Notes: a model not told the origin generated them from the sequence alone. Positions 30,169-40,157 are shown, numbered from the stretch's first letter. The stretch: DNA of 64,000 nt from an uncultured Chloroflexia bacterium (GCA_963752475.1 CAVVYR010000007.1:1-64000); one strand, 5' to 3'. Made by a program: numbers and translations.

Positions 30169-32134
30169 CGTCCTGGCGCCCATGGTGGTGCGGATGCGGG
30201 ACAGCGGGCGCTCCCGGAGCTCGGCCGCGGGCATCGCCTGGCTCGTGGGCATCGGCGTGGGCTTGGCGCTCTTGCTCCTGGTCGCGGTTTCGCTCGTGCC
30301 CTACGTGGTGGACATCGTGGAGGCGCTACAGGCGGGACAGGACGAGGTCGAGTCCTTCGTGGCAGACCTCCAGTTGCCGACCTGGCTCAGCACCGCGCTC
30401 ACGGATGCCCTCGAGCAGGCCGAAGGTGTCAGCGGCGATGCCGTGTCTGCTGCTGTGGGCTCGGTGGCGAACGTGGCGGGCATCGTCGTCCTTGGCGTCT
30501 TCCTGCTCTACTTCTTCTTGCGAGACGGCGACAAGGCCTGGATGTGGCTGTTCCAGACGGTCGGCGAAGACCAGCGGGAGCGCATCACGACCGTTGGCGA
30601 CGAGACATTGGGCCGCGTCGGCAACTATGTCCGTGGCACTACGGTCGTGGCCACGACCGTGGCGGTGACGAGCTTCATCTTCATGCTGGTGCTCGGGACG
30701 CCGCTCGCGCTGCCGCTCGCGCTCCTTGCGTTCGTGACCGCCTTCATCCCGTACTTCGGTGGTGCGATCGCCTCGCTCATCATCGTGGTCGTCACATGGG
30801 GAGCCGTCGACTCGACCGCGGCGCTGATCATGGCGGGACTGCTGCTGGCGCGGTTCGCCCTCGTCGAGACCTTCGTCCGCCCCAGAGCCTACGAGCAGGC
30901 GCTGTCGATCCAGCCGGCGCTCATCCTCATCGTGCTGCCCATCGGGCTGCAGGTGGGCGGGCTGGCCGGTCTCATCCTGGCCGTTCCGCTGACGGCCGTG
31001 GTCGTGAGTGTGGCGCAAGGGATCACCAGGATCTTGGGACCGGACCGGCCCTCGAGCCTGCCAGAGGTCGTGCCGGCCTGGCTCGACCGTGTCGCACAGT
31101 GGAGCTGGCGAGCCCTCGTGGGCATCGCGTTCGTGGCACTGCTCGGTCTGATCGTGGTGACGCTCCCGCTCGTGACGCTGCCGGTCATCCTGGCCCTGAT
31201 CTTCGCCTCCACGGTCCTGCCCCTGTTCGACGCGGTGTTGCGCCGCGGGCAGTCGCGGGGGATCGCCGCGGCGGTCGCGGTCGGTGGCGCCACCGTCGCG
31301 GTCGTGGGCGTGCTGGCGCTGACGCTGGTGTCGCTCGTGGACCAGGCCGAGGAGCTCGGCGACGCGGCCACGAGTGGTGCCGCGGAGATCGACGACGCGG
31401 CCGGGGGCATCCTTGGCTTGGGCACCGACGCCGTCGCCTCCGGCTCGGAGTCAGCCGTTCAGACGATCCTGGACGTGTCGAGCCAACTGGCCGGCATCGG
31501 GGTCGCGCTGATCCTCACGGTCCTGCTCACCTTCTACTTCCTTCGTGATGGCGGTCGCCTCTGGGCCGGGCTCATGTCACACGTCGCCGATGACGCCGCC
31601 AGCCAGCTGAACGCGGCCGGCTCGAAGGCCTTCGGCGTGTTGGGTGGCTACATGGTCGGTACGGCCGCGATCTCGTTCGTGGGTGCCGCCAGCCAGGCGG
31701 GGATCATGTGGATCCTCGGTCTGCCGCTGGTGATGCCGGTCTTCGTGCTCTCGTTCTTCGGCGGCTTCATCCCGTACATCGGCAGCCTGCTCACGACGGG
31801 TCTGGCGTTCCTCATCGCGGTCCAGGTCGGCACCACGGTCGACGTCGTCGTCATGGGCATCTGGACCCTGGTCTTCAACATCGTGCAGGGCAACGTGGTC
31901 GCGCCGGCCGTGTACAACCGCACGACGAGCATCCATCCAGCCATCGTGCTGGCCTGCATTCCCGCGGCCTCGGCCGTGGCCGGCATCCTGGGCATGTTCC
32001 TCGTCGTGCCGGTCCTGGGTGTGGTCCTCTCCACCTGGCGAACCATCCTGCGGGTGATCGGCTCCGATGAGCCGGCTCAAGACTCGCCGGGGGTGGCTCA
32101 GCTTGACGAGGTCGCTGCGCCTGAACCGAGCTGA
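30169..32134 (+). pseudogene. 5'-truncated duplicate of the double AI-2E gene (ORF 30182..32134, lacks first 73 aa)
   Basis: Near-identical to 22099..24064; no own RBS or promoter seen. Confidence 0.8.
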
Positions 32135-32200
32135 CGCGGGGGCTGCCGCTGCGATCGCGAAATAGGTCGTTCGGCAGGACGTGCGCTCAGCGCCGGCAAG

Positions 32201-33694
32201 TCAGACGCCTTTGACGACCTCCATCCGGCCTTCCTTGGCGGCCGCGGCGAAGGCCTCGTAGTCCTGCTTGTTCTGATCGGCGTAGGCCACTGCGAACGAG
32301 CCCATGGCCTTGTCGAACGCCTCGCTCTTGCCCAGATAGCCGGAGATGGCAGTGGCGCCACCCGATCGAGCGTGTGCACGGGCGAGAGCCTCCGCACAGA
32401 CCTCGACGTAGTTGCTCAGATGCCGTTCGTCCATCTTTCCGATGTTTGCCGAAGCCTTGTAGTCGTTGAGCTGACGCACGTAGAAGTCCATCTTCTGTCG
32501 CTTGCTGGTGCCGCTGGCGAAGCCCAGGAAGGTGTCGCTCGAGGCCTGCATCAGGCGTTGTCCGAAGACGACACGCGCGCCCTGCTGCTTGAAGATGTCG
32601 CTGATGGTGTAGCGCTCGAGCACCGAATCGTCAGCTTCCTTCAGCTGCAGGAAGAGCGCGTCGCCGTGACGCGTGCCGATGAGCAGCAGCACGAACGCCT
32701 GCGTGCCGACCGACCCGACCCCGACCACCTTGCGCGCGAAGTCGACCACCTTGTAGTGGTGCATCAGCGGCAGCAGGTGCTTGGGCAGTGAGTCGAGGTA
32801 CTGCCTGTAGAAGTCACCCAGTCGCTTGCGCAGCTCGGGCGTGACGTGGGCTCGCTCGATGAGTGGCGGCTCGTCCTTGATCCGCCACTGGCCATCCACG
32901 CGCTCTGCGAGGCGATCGAGGGCACCCGTATTGGTCTTGCGTTGCGCCTTCGCCTGCGTCTTCTTGGCGGTCTTGATATCGGACTTGGAAGCGGACTCGC
33001 GGGCCGCCTCCAGGCGATCTCGAACGTCGACATGCGAATACCAGACGTCGAGGAAGTTCATGCGTGAAAGCGCGCGCATCTGCTGGCGATAGCGTGAGGC
33101 GGCATGCTGGGCGATGGCACGGCTGGCCTTGCGTGGAATGCCGTTGTCATCGCTGGCCACGACGATGCTGGCGGCCAAGCGCATGACATCCCACTCGAAT
33201 GGTGCCGGGTGGGATTCATCGAAGTCGTTGACGTCGAAGGCCGCCGTTCGCTCAGGCGTCGCGAACATGCCGAAGTTGGAGACGTGCGCATCCCCGCAGC
33301 ACTGCACGTAGATGCCGCTCGATGGTGTCCGAGCCAGGTCCGCAGCCATGACCAGGGCTCCGCCGCGGTAGAAGCTGAAGGGAGAGGCCAGCATGCGGCC
33401 GTGGCGGATAGGGACCAGGCTTTGGACCCGGTTCGCTGATTGCTCGAGGATCAGGGCGACCGGATCAGGGCGATCTGCTGCTGGGGCCCAGTCGCGCTGC
33501 GTGGAGCGCGGGACCTCGTTGCGGATGGCCGCACCGGCGGCGGCCGTCTCCTTGGGCGTGTCGCCCTCGACCGTTCGCCTGGGCGCGCGAGGGGGCTTTG
33601 GATCAGCCCCTGGCATGCTCTTGCTGGTCACCTGGGCCGTAGCGGAGCCGGAGCTGACCGCCTTGCTGCCCTTTCCATCTCGATCTCCGGACAT
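32201..33694 (-). CDS. DUF2252 family protein (kinase-like)
   Basis: RHGRMLASPFSFYRG, CGDAHVSNFG, FDVNDFDE, KVVGVGSVGT, LARAHARSG. Confidence 0.93.
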   Translation of the reverse strand: MSGDRDGKGSKAVSSGSATAQVTSKSMPGADPKPPRAPRRTVEGDTPKETAAAGAAIRNEVPRSTQRDWAPAADRPDPVALILEQSANRVQSLVPIRHGRMLASPFSFYRGGALVMAADLARTPSSGIYVQCCGDAHVSNFGMFATPERTAAFDVNDFDESHPAPFEWDVMRLAASIVVASDDNGIPRKASRAIAQHAASRYRQQMRALSRMNFLDVWYSHVDVRDRLEAARESASKSDIKTAKKTQAKAQRKTNTGALDRLAERVDGQWRIKDEPPLIERAHVTPELRKRLGDFYRQYLDSLPKHLLPLMHHYKVVDFARKVVGVGSVGTQAFVLLLIGTRHGDALFLQLKEADDSVLERYTISDIFKQQGARVVFGQRLMQASSDTFLGFASGTSKRQKMDFYVRQLNDYKASANIGKMDERHLSNYVEVCAEALARAHARSGGATAISGYLGKSEAFDKAMGSFAVAYADQNKQDYEAFAAAAKEGRMEVVKGV

Positions 33695-33756
33695 GGCTGC
33701 TCCTCTCGCGGTCGGTCAACGTCTGCCGGCCGGCATCGTCCCTCGTGACACCGGGC

Positions 33757-33855
33757 CTAGATGGCCTCGTCGTCAGAGCGGACGCGATACGCGACCAGGC
33801 CCGCGACTGCCAGCACTACTGCGACGATCACGAACTTGCGGATGATGCTCGACAT
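33757..33855 (-). CDS. 32-aa single-TM small protein (MSSIIRKFVIVAVVLAVAGLVAYRVRSDDEAI)
   Basis: AAGAGGGGAAG RBS; first ORF downstream of operator site 9; below the ORF track length cutoff. Confidence 0.7.
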   Translation of the reverse strand: MSSIIRKFVIVAVVLAVAGLVAYRVRSDDEAI

Positions 33856-33917
33856 GGCCTGCTTCCCCTCTTGCGGTGTGGTCCGCCAACGATGAGGGCG
33901 TATCTCGCTCTTGGCTA

Positions 33918-33932
33918 CCCCCGAAGCGGGTG
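33918..33932. promoter_or_regulatory. Operator site 9 (CCCCCGAAGCGGGTG)
   Basis: CATCGT on - strand at 33889-33894 (23-nt gap). Confidence 0.7.
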
Positions 33933-33963
33933 GTACCTCGTCCCGTTCGACCCTGGGGGTCGC

Positions 33964-34210
33964 TCAGTCGGCCAGGTCGAGTCGGTAGCTGAGGTCGCCA
34001 CCCGGACTGGTACCAGGCTCGCGCACGAACCCGTAGCGCTCGAGCAACCGCGTCGATGCCGTGTTCTCCATCGCGACGCCACCGACGATCGAACCGACAT
34101 CCCCTCGAGCCCGGCACCAGGCCACACCGCCGCCGAGCAGTTCACGCCCAGCCCGCGACCCCAGGCGTCCTCTGCGAGCAGGTAGCCGAGCCGCAGTTCG
34201 GTGCCCTCTG
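33964..34210 (-). pseudogene. GNAT acetyltransferase 3' fragment, frameshifted
   Basis: ELRLGYLLAEDAWGRGLG / ELLGGGVAWCRAR...ENTASTRLLE parallels the intact GNAT at 59349..59867. Confidence 0.8.
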
Positions 34211-34214
34211 GCAC

Positions 34215-34445
34215 GTGGGTCAGCATCAACTCCTGGGTCACTCCCGCCGTCGGCCTGGCGGCGTCTCCTGACGAGTACCACGGCAGCCTTGTGCAGCGGA
34301 TCGCCGAGATGATCACTGCCGGTGGCTGGCCTGACAACCTGGGGTCGACCCCCGAGCAGGCGCAACGGCTTGTCCGGGGCTACGTCGCAGAGATCGGCCG
34401 AACGGATATCCAGCGCGTTGATGGTGTACGCCGAGACCCCGAGAA
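34215..34445 (+). pseudogene. Internal fragment of an AAA+/DUF4143-type ATPase
   Basis: ITAGGWP...RGYVAEIGRTDIQRVDGVRRDP. Confidence 0.55.
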
Positions 34446-34573
34446 CTCCCAACTCGGGGATGCCGACCGGGAACTACGAAGGTTGGATAGTTGCGCCAGC
34501 AACTAATCTACCGTGTCCATCTCTCACAACTCTGGATACTGGACGGCCATCCCGCAGAGCGGATCGAACGCCC

Positions 34574-34850
34574 TCAGTCATTCGCCGTCAATCCCAGGGC
34601 GACCTCGAAGACGCTCTTGTTGGCGGCGTCAAGGGCCGTCGCAGCTGCGGAAGGCGGGGCGTCCAGGAAGCGACGACCGCGGGTGAGTTCATCCCACACG
34701 ACCAGCAGCGACACGGCCTCGGCGCCGAACCGCTCCGCGACCGCGAGGGTCGTGGCCGTCTCCATCTCCACCGACAGGAGGCCCTCTTCGTCAGCGCGCC
34801 ATCATGGACGATGACTCCGCGAACAGCGACGAGAACGTGATGTGTGGCCC
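34574..34850 (-). pseudogene. Nucleoside phosphorylase C-terminal fragment
   Basis: GLLSVEMETATTLAVA...SLLVVWDEL. Confidence 0.6.
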
Positions 34851-35061
34851 GACGTGGACATCGTGGCCTCGCTGTCGCAAGGAGGCGCTGGCCCGCTCAA
34901 CGTGTCGCTGCGTCGCGCGGACCGTGTCTGCCTCCGCATAGTGGTGATACTCGCTGCCCGCGCACCTGACAGCCGGCTATGAGCCCATACACGCCGACGA
35001 CGCGGCCACGGTCCGGCCGTTGCCGAGCGGCCGGGTCGCGACGCTCGGTCACACCTTGAGG

Positions 35062-35680
35062 TCAGGCCTCCGGTGCCGGCTCCTCGGTCGGCTCTGGCGT
35101 GTAGCAGGGGAACTCATACGGCGGCGTCGCCTCTGGGTCGAAGCTGTAGTCCGGCGGCAATGCGAGATCCGGAGGGAAGGTGAAGTCCGGCGGGAGCGTC
35201 GCCTCGGGATCGAAGCTCTCGTCAGGACCCAGGCTCGGACATGGGCCCATGGTCCACTCGGGCGTGGGCTCCGGCTCAGGCGTGGGCTCCGGCTCCGGCT
35301 CCGGCGTGGGCTCCGGCTCCGGCTCAGGCGTTGGCTCCGGCTCCGGCTCGCGCGTCGGCTCCGCGCGTCGGCTCCGGCTCCGGCTCGCGCGTCGGCTCCG
35401 GCTCCGGCGTGGGCTCCTCCGTGGGCTCCGCGGTGGCCTCTTCCGACGATCCTGGTGACGGGCTGACGATGAGCGTCGGCTCAGGCGACGAGGTCGACTC
35501 CTCCGGATCGAGGAAGCCCCCGAACAGGACGGCGCCAGCGACGATCAGCACGCCCACCGCGATGATGGCGATCCACCACCTGTTCCCCGCGGGGCCGCTC
35601 GGCTCGGTCGAAGCCTCCTCAGCTGGCGCATCCTCGGGCGTCTTCTCGTCGGTCATCTTGGGCGTCTCCTCGTCGGTCAT
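35062..35680 (-). CDS. Membrane-anchored Pro/Thr/Glu-repeat protein, frameshift near 35362
   Basis: GGGGAG RBS, one TM, EPTPEP repeats; frame switches inside the repeat tract and continues into 35062..35250. Confidence 0.7.
35258..35430. repeat. Imperfect hexamer tandem repeat (GGCTCC/GGCGTG/GGCTCA) encoding EP/TP
   Basis: Visible directly. Confidence 0.9.
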
Positions 35681-35849
35681 GATGCGGTGCTCTCCCCGGC
35701 AACAGTCATCCTCTATCTGACCATCACACTAGGATATCGACTGGTCGCCGCTTTGCGTATCACGCTCTGCTCTGGGCGGGCGCTACAGGGCGGCCGCGGC
35801 TCCTCTGTGGCCGCTCCCGAAGCGTCGCCAAGAAGGGCGTGCACCGCTA

Positions 35850-35864
35850 CACCCGAAGCGGGTG
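35850..35864. promoter_or_regulatory. Operator site 10 (CACCCGAAGCGGGTG)
   Basis: GACGCT on - strand at 35821-35826 (23-nt gap); last copy in the window. Confidence 0.7.
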
Positions 35865-36145
35865 GATTCCGGACCGCGCTCTCCGCTCCCGGGAGCGGAG
35901 AGCCTCCGCAAGGCCGAACGGTCGCCTGGGCAACATCGACGCTGGGTAGACTCGGCCCAGCCTGGTGCCTGCGAGCCGCGAGGGAAGGATAAGGTGGAAG
36001 TCTTACGGTGAAGTCCGCTGGTACATCGGGCTCTCGAAACTCTCGATACCTGCAGGATCGGAATGGCTACCATGCGCCTGGCTCTCGCCGGGCGCGCCAT
36101 AACCACGTTCTCGGTAAGGGCTTCGTGTTGAACGACGCCCAGCTC

Positions 36146-36556
36146 TCAGGTCTCCGCTGGCCGGGTCCTGGCGTCGGAGCCCTCGATCCCGAGCACCTCG
36201 AGTGCCGCGGCGAAGCCTTCCAGGTCGTCCACGCCGACATAGAACACCGGTACGGACAGCCGGAACCATCGAACGGGTCTCTTGAGCTCAAGCCGCACGC
36301 CGCCGCGGGCGCTCCCGGCGAATGACAGCTCGCCGCTCCGGATGCCTCGACGAACGCCGATGGCGGTGATCGAGCGCCATGGGCCCTCGATGCGCCACCC
36401 TTCGATACCGTCGACCGGAAGGCTGAGCTCCCACCAGCCGAAGCGAGCCGTGAGCGTCTTCGCATCCAGATCGACCCACGCCTTCTCCTCGTTGGCACCG
36501 AACGCCAGCCGGACCAGCCGCCGCCACGTCTTCTCGATGCGGATCGGGTATCGCAT
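36146..36556 (-). CDS. Hypothetical protein (possible PH-like fold)
   Basis: Plausible globular ORF: ARFGWW, GPWRSITAIGVR, VGVDDLEGF. Confidence 0.7.
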   Translation of the reverse strand: MRYPIRIEKTWRRLVRLAFGANEEKAWVDLDAKTLTARFGWWELSLPVDGIEGWRIEGPWRSITAIGVRRGIRSGELSFAGSARGGVRLELKRPVRWFRLSVPVFYVGVDDLEGFAAALEVLGIEGSDARTRPAET

Positions 36557-36708
36557 GGTGTGCATCGTCGCAGGTATCACGGTGCCAGGCGATCGATCCG
36601 CCAGGCGTCCTCGTTACGCAGGTAGCGGAAGCGATCGTGCATGCGATCCCGCCAGCCCTGCCAGAACACACTAGGGCATGACGACCCTCTCGCGCTACGC
36701 TGACGACG

Positions 36709-38136
36709 ATGCCTACCAGCCTGGTCCATCCGGATCGCATCAAGGTCCTGAGCGACCGTGACGCGGAGCCTGCCGCCGCAGGCTATGTCCTCTACTGGAT
36801 GCAGCGTGCGCAACGCAGTCAGCACAACGATGCACTCGAGCACGCTGCGAGGCTGGCCAACGAGCACGCGGTGCCGTTGCTCGCCTGCTTCGGGCTGACC
36901 GACGACTACCCCGAGGCGACCAGCCGACACTACCGCTTCATGCTGGACGGGCTGGCTGAGACCGCCGCCGCCCTGGAGCGACGCGGCATCGGCTTCACCA
37001 TCCGCCGAGGTTCGCCGCCCGACGTCGTTGCCGACCTCGCCAGGGACGCGGTGCTCATCGTGGTCGATCGTGCCTACGAGCGGCACCTCGCGAGCTGGCG
37101 TCGTGAGATCATCGACGCGGTCGCCTGTCCGACGATCCAGGTGGAGAGCGACGTCGTCGTGCCGGTGGAGGTCACATCCGACCGTCGCGAGTATGCCGCT
37201 CGTACGATCCGCCCCAAGATCCACGCGCACCTCGAAGACTTCGTCGAAGAGCTCACCACGACCAGCGTCGACCACGCACTCACGGACGCGCCCGCGAGCG
37301 ACGTCGACCTCGGTGACGTCGACGGCGTGCTGGAGCAGCTCGGCATCGAGTGCGCCGAGGATCCACTCGTGTTCCTGCGTGGCGGCACGTCGCAGGCTCG
37401 GGCGCACCTCCGTCGCTTCGTCGACGACGGTCTCGTCGGCTACGCCGACCGGCGGCCCGACCCCCTGCAGCCGAAGGTCAGCCACCTCAGCCCGTACCTC
37501 CACTTCGGGCAGATCTCACCCACCGCGGTCCTGCTCGAGGTCCGCGCCGCCGATGCCCCCGACGCCGACGTGACGGCCTTCACCGAGGAGCTCGTGGTCC
37601 GTCGCGAGCTGGCCGTCAACTACGCGCGATACGAGCCGGACTACGACGCGTATCGGGCGCTCCCCGACTGGGCCCGCACCACCCTGGACGAGCATCGCGA
37701 CGACGCCCGCGAGCCTGGCTACACTGCCACCGAGTTGGCCGAAGGCCGAACGCACGACCAGGCCTGGAACGCCGCGATGGCCGAGATGCGCGCGACCGGC
37801 TACCTCCACAACCACCTGCGGATGTACTGGGGCAAGCAGGTCCTGCGGTGGGCAAGCAGCCCGGAGCACGCCTTGCGCACCATCCTTGCGCTCAACGATC
37901 GCTACTTGCTCGACGGCCGCGACCCCTCGGGCTTCGCCAACGTGGCCTGGGTGCTCGGCCTGCACGACCAGGCGTTCGCCGAGCGGCCCGTGACCGGCAA
38001 GACCCGCCCCATGACCCGCAGCGGCCTCGATCGCAAGTTCGATGTGGCGGCCTGGCTCGACGATGTCCGCTCGCGGCTCGGCGATGCCGCAGTGGACGGG
38101 CCCGACGGCGAGGCAAGCGCAGATGAGGGAGGGTAG
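36709..38136 (+). CDS. phrB: Class II CPD DNA photolyase
   Basis: VLYWMQRAQR, SHLSPYLHFGQIS, GYLHNHLRMYWGK, LDGRDP. Confidence 0.93.
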   Translation: MPTSLVHPDRIKVLSDRDAEPAAAGYVLYWMQRAQRSQHNDALEHAARLANEHAVPLLACFGLTDDYPEATSRHYRFMLDGLAETAAALERRGIGFTIRRGSPPDVVADLARDAVLIVVDRAYERHLASWRREIIDAVACPTIQVESDVVVPVEVTSDRREYAARTIRPKIHAHLEDFVEELTTTSVDHALTDAPASDVDLGDVDGVLEQLGIECAEDPLVFLRGGTSQARAHLRRFVDDGLVGYADRRPDPLQPKVSHLSPYLHFGQISPTAVLLEVRAADAPDADVTAFTEELVVRRELAVNYARYEPDYDAYRALPDWARTTLDEHRDDAREPGYTATELAEGRTHDQAWNAAMAEMRATGYLHNHLRMYWGKQVLRWASSPEHALRTILALNDRYLLDGRDPSGFANVAWVLGLHDQAFAERPVTGKTRPMTRSGLDRKFDVAAWLDDVRSRLGDAAVDGPDGEASADEGG

Positions 38137-38269
38137 CCGCGCCTACTTCGACCGCCTGAGCGACTACCGCGATGACGGTCGTCCAGGGTAGCCGTGCCGG
38201 CACCGTCTAGGCTAGACAGCCGAGCCCGCCACGGCGCAGGCTCTCCGACGACTGGAGGAGGTATCGAGG

Positions 38270-39181
38270 ATGCGCGCTGTTCGAGTACGCACCTATGACG
38301 AGCCGCCGGCGACCGAAGACATCGAGACGCCCGGCGCGCCCGACTCGGGGCAGCTGGCCATCGAGGTCGCCGCCGTTGGCGTCGGCTCCTGGGACGTGGG
38401 TGTCGCCACGGGTCGCCTTGCTCGGTTCGTCGACTTGGAGCCTCCGTTCGTGATGGGCGCGGAGCTGGCAGGCCGGATCGCCGAAGTCGGTCCCGAGGCC
38501 GAGGGCTTTGCGGTCGGCGATCGCATCATCGCCAACCCCGGGATCGTCGGGGCCTGGGCTGCTCGCGTGAACATCGCCGCCGATGCCTGCGGTCCGGCAC
38601 CAGCGGCGCTCGACGACATCCAAGCTGCGGCCATCCCGGTCGGCGCCGTGACGGCGCTCCAGTCGCTCGATCTGCTGGCTCTGGCGCCTGGTGCGTCGCT
38701 GCTCATCCTTGGCGCCGGCGGCAGCGTCGGGCGGGCGGCCATCCAGCTGGCACGCGCCCGCGGCCTGCGTGTGCACGTACTGGTGCGGACCGGGGATGTC
38801 GAGCGATGCCGCGAGCTTGGCGCGGAGACCGCGCTCGATCAGGCGGGCGACTGGGTGGGGCAGCTGGCGGGGCCGGTCGATGGCGTTCTCGACCTCATCG
38901 GCGGCGAGCAGCTCGAGCGATCAGCGGCGGTCCTGCACTCCGACGGCCGCGCAGTCACGACCCTTGCCCGATCGATGCGTTCGCTAGTCGCCTCGCGGAT
39001 CCCGCTGCGCTACCTTCGCATGCGCAGCACGACCCGTGATCTGGCACTGATCTCGGCCCACGTAGACGCTGGCGACTTGTCGCTACCCGTGGGGGTCGTG
39101 CTCCCGGTCGAGGAGGTCCGCTCAGCGCTCGATGGCGTGGAGGAAGGCGTGGACCGCGGTAAGCACGTCCTCGAGTTCTAG
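38270..39181 (+). CDS. NADP-dependent MDR/quinone oxidoreductase-like protein
   Basis: GAELAGRI..VG, AAAIPVGAVTALQ, GAGGSVG. Confidence 0.87.
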   Translation: MRAVRVRTYDEPPATEDIETPGAPDSGQLAIEVAAVGVGSWDVGVATGRLARFVDLEPPFVMGAELAGRIAEVGPEAEGFAVGDRIIANPGIVGAWAARVNIAADACGPAPAALDDIQAAAIPVGAVTALQSLDLLALAPGASLLILGAGGSVGRAAIQLARARGLRVHVLVRTGDVERCRELGAETALDQAGDWVGQLAGPVDGVLDLIGGEQLERSAAVLHSDGRAVTTLARSMRSLVASRIPLRYLRMRSTTRDLALISAHVDAGDLSLPVGVVLPVEEVRSALDGVEEGVDRGKHVLEF

Positions 39182-39550
39182 CGAGTGTGCCGCCGCGGGG
39201 GCGCTCGCGCGGTTGTCATCGGTCCAGCCCTACGGTTTGCGTCACCCTATGTCGCCAGGTTGGGGGCGTGCTGCCTCGCGAGCGGGACCGGGCTACGAGG
39301 CCTACTGCCATCCTGCGCTGTCGGTCGCAGATCGCCTGTACCGCATCACGCGTGCCGTGAGCCCATGCGCCTTGACGCGGTCGCACCCGTCCTGCTTTCG
39401 GTTCGGAACCAGATCCCCGCGGCGGGAAGACCCGGCGCCTCCGTGGTCGAGGAAGATGGAACCGACTGGGCGGACGGAGTCCCTTAGTGAGTAGGAGCGC
39501 CCTGGGGGGTCGTGCCTGGGCGCGCCCATGGGGGGTGAAGGAGAGGCTTC

Positions 39551-40102
39551 GTGAGGAAGCGACTCACTACCCGGAGGATGTCGGCGTTGGTCAGCGCGCT
39601 GCTCCTGACCCTGGTCATGGCCGTGCCGGCGAGTGCGGGAGGAAACGGAGCGACCCAGATCTCAGGGGTCGGCCTGCCGGATACGTCCTACGTTTGCGAC
39701 GATTTCTCGCAGAAGGACATCTACTACGCCATCATCATGGACGAAGGCAGCCTCAACGGCTGTGTGTACGGCTTCTACGACCCTGACTTCAAGATCGGAC
39801 CGAGCGGCGTAGCCAAAGAGCGCGCTGACGAGATGTTCATCGGCTCGTACGACAACGGAACCCCAGATGAACCCGAGGACGACCTAGTAGGGACGTTCCG
39901 CATGACGGAGAACTGGCACGCGAAGTACGACCCTGCCTCGGGGATCCAGAAGTTCGGGTTCTGCAAGCACCCGATCGTCAGGGGCAGCGGCACAGGAGAC
40001 TTCGAAGGTGTCCGCGGCCGTCTCGATTTCAGGGATGATCTCACCGGTGGCCCCGGCAAGGAGCGCTTCCCCTACAAGGGTCACCTCAAGAACCTCGACT
40101 AG
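39551..40102 (+). CDS. Secreted hypothetical protein (start may be ATG 39578)
   Basis: Signal peptide ending in ASA; CKHPIVRGSGTGDFEGVRGRLDF beta-rich motif. Confidence 0.75.
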   Translation: MRKRLTTRRMSALVSALLLTLVMAVPASAGGNGATQISGVGLPDTSYVCDDFSQKDIYYAIIMDEGSLNGCVYGFYDPDFKIGPSGVAKERADEMFIGSYDNGTPDEPEDDLVGTFRMTENWHAKYDPASGIQKFGFCKHPIVRGSGTGDFEGVRGRLDFRDDLTGGPGKERFPYKGHLKNLD

Positions 40103-40127
40103 CAGCCAGGAGAGGATCCAGACCGAA

Positions 40128-40157
40128 ACGAGACCCCTGCTCCGGCGGGGGTCTCGT
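40128..40157. terminator. Stem-loop ACGAGACCCC / GGGGTCTCGT
   Basis: 10-bp inverted repeat 25 nt after the stop codon. Confidence 0.65.

Noticed and set aside
1585-35864. Operator repeats as a CRISPR array, REP elements or integron attC sites
   Set aside because: Irregular kb-scale spacing, location 5' of genes, only 15-19 bp, and no cas, integrase or GTTRRRY boxes.
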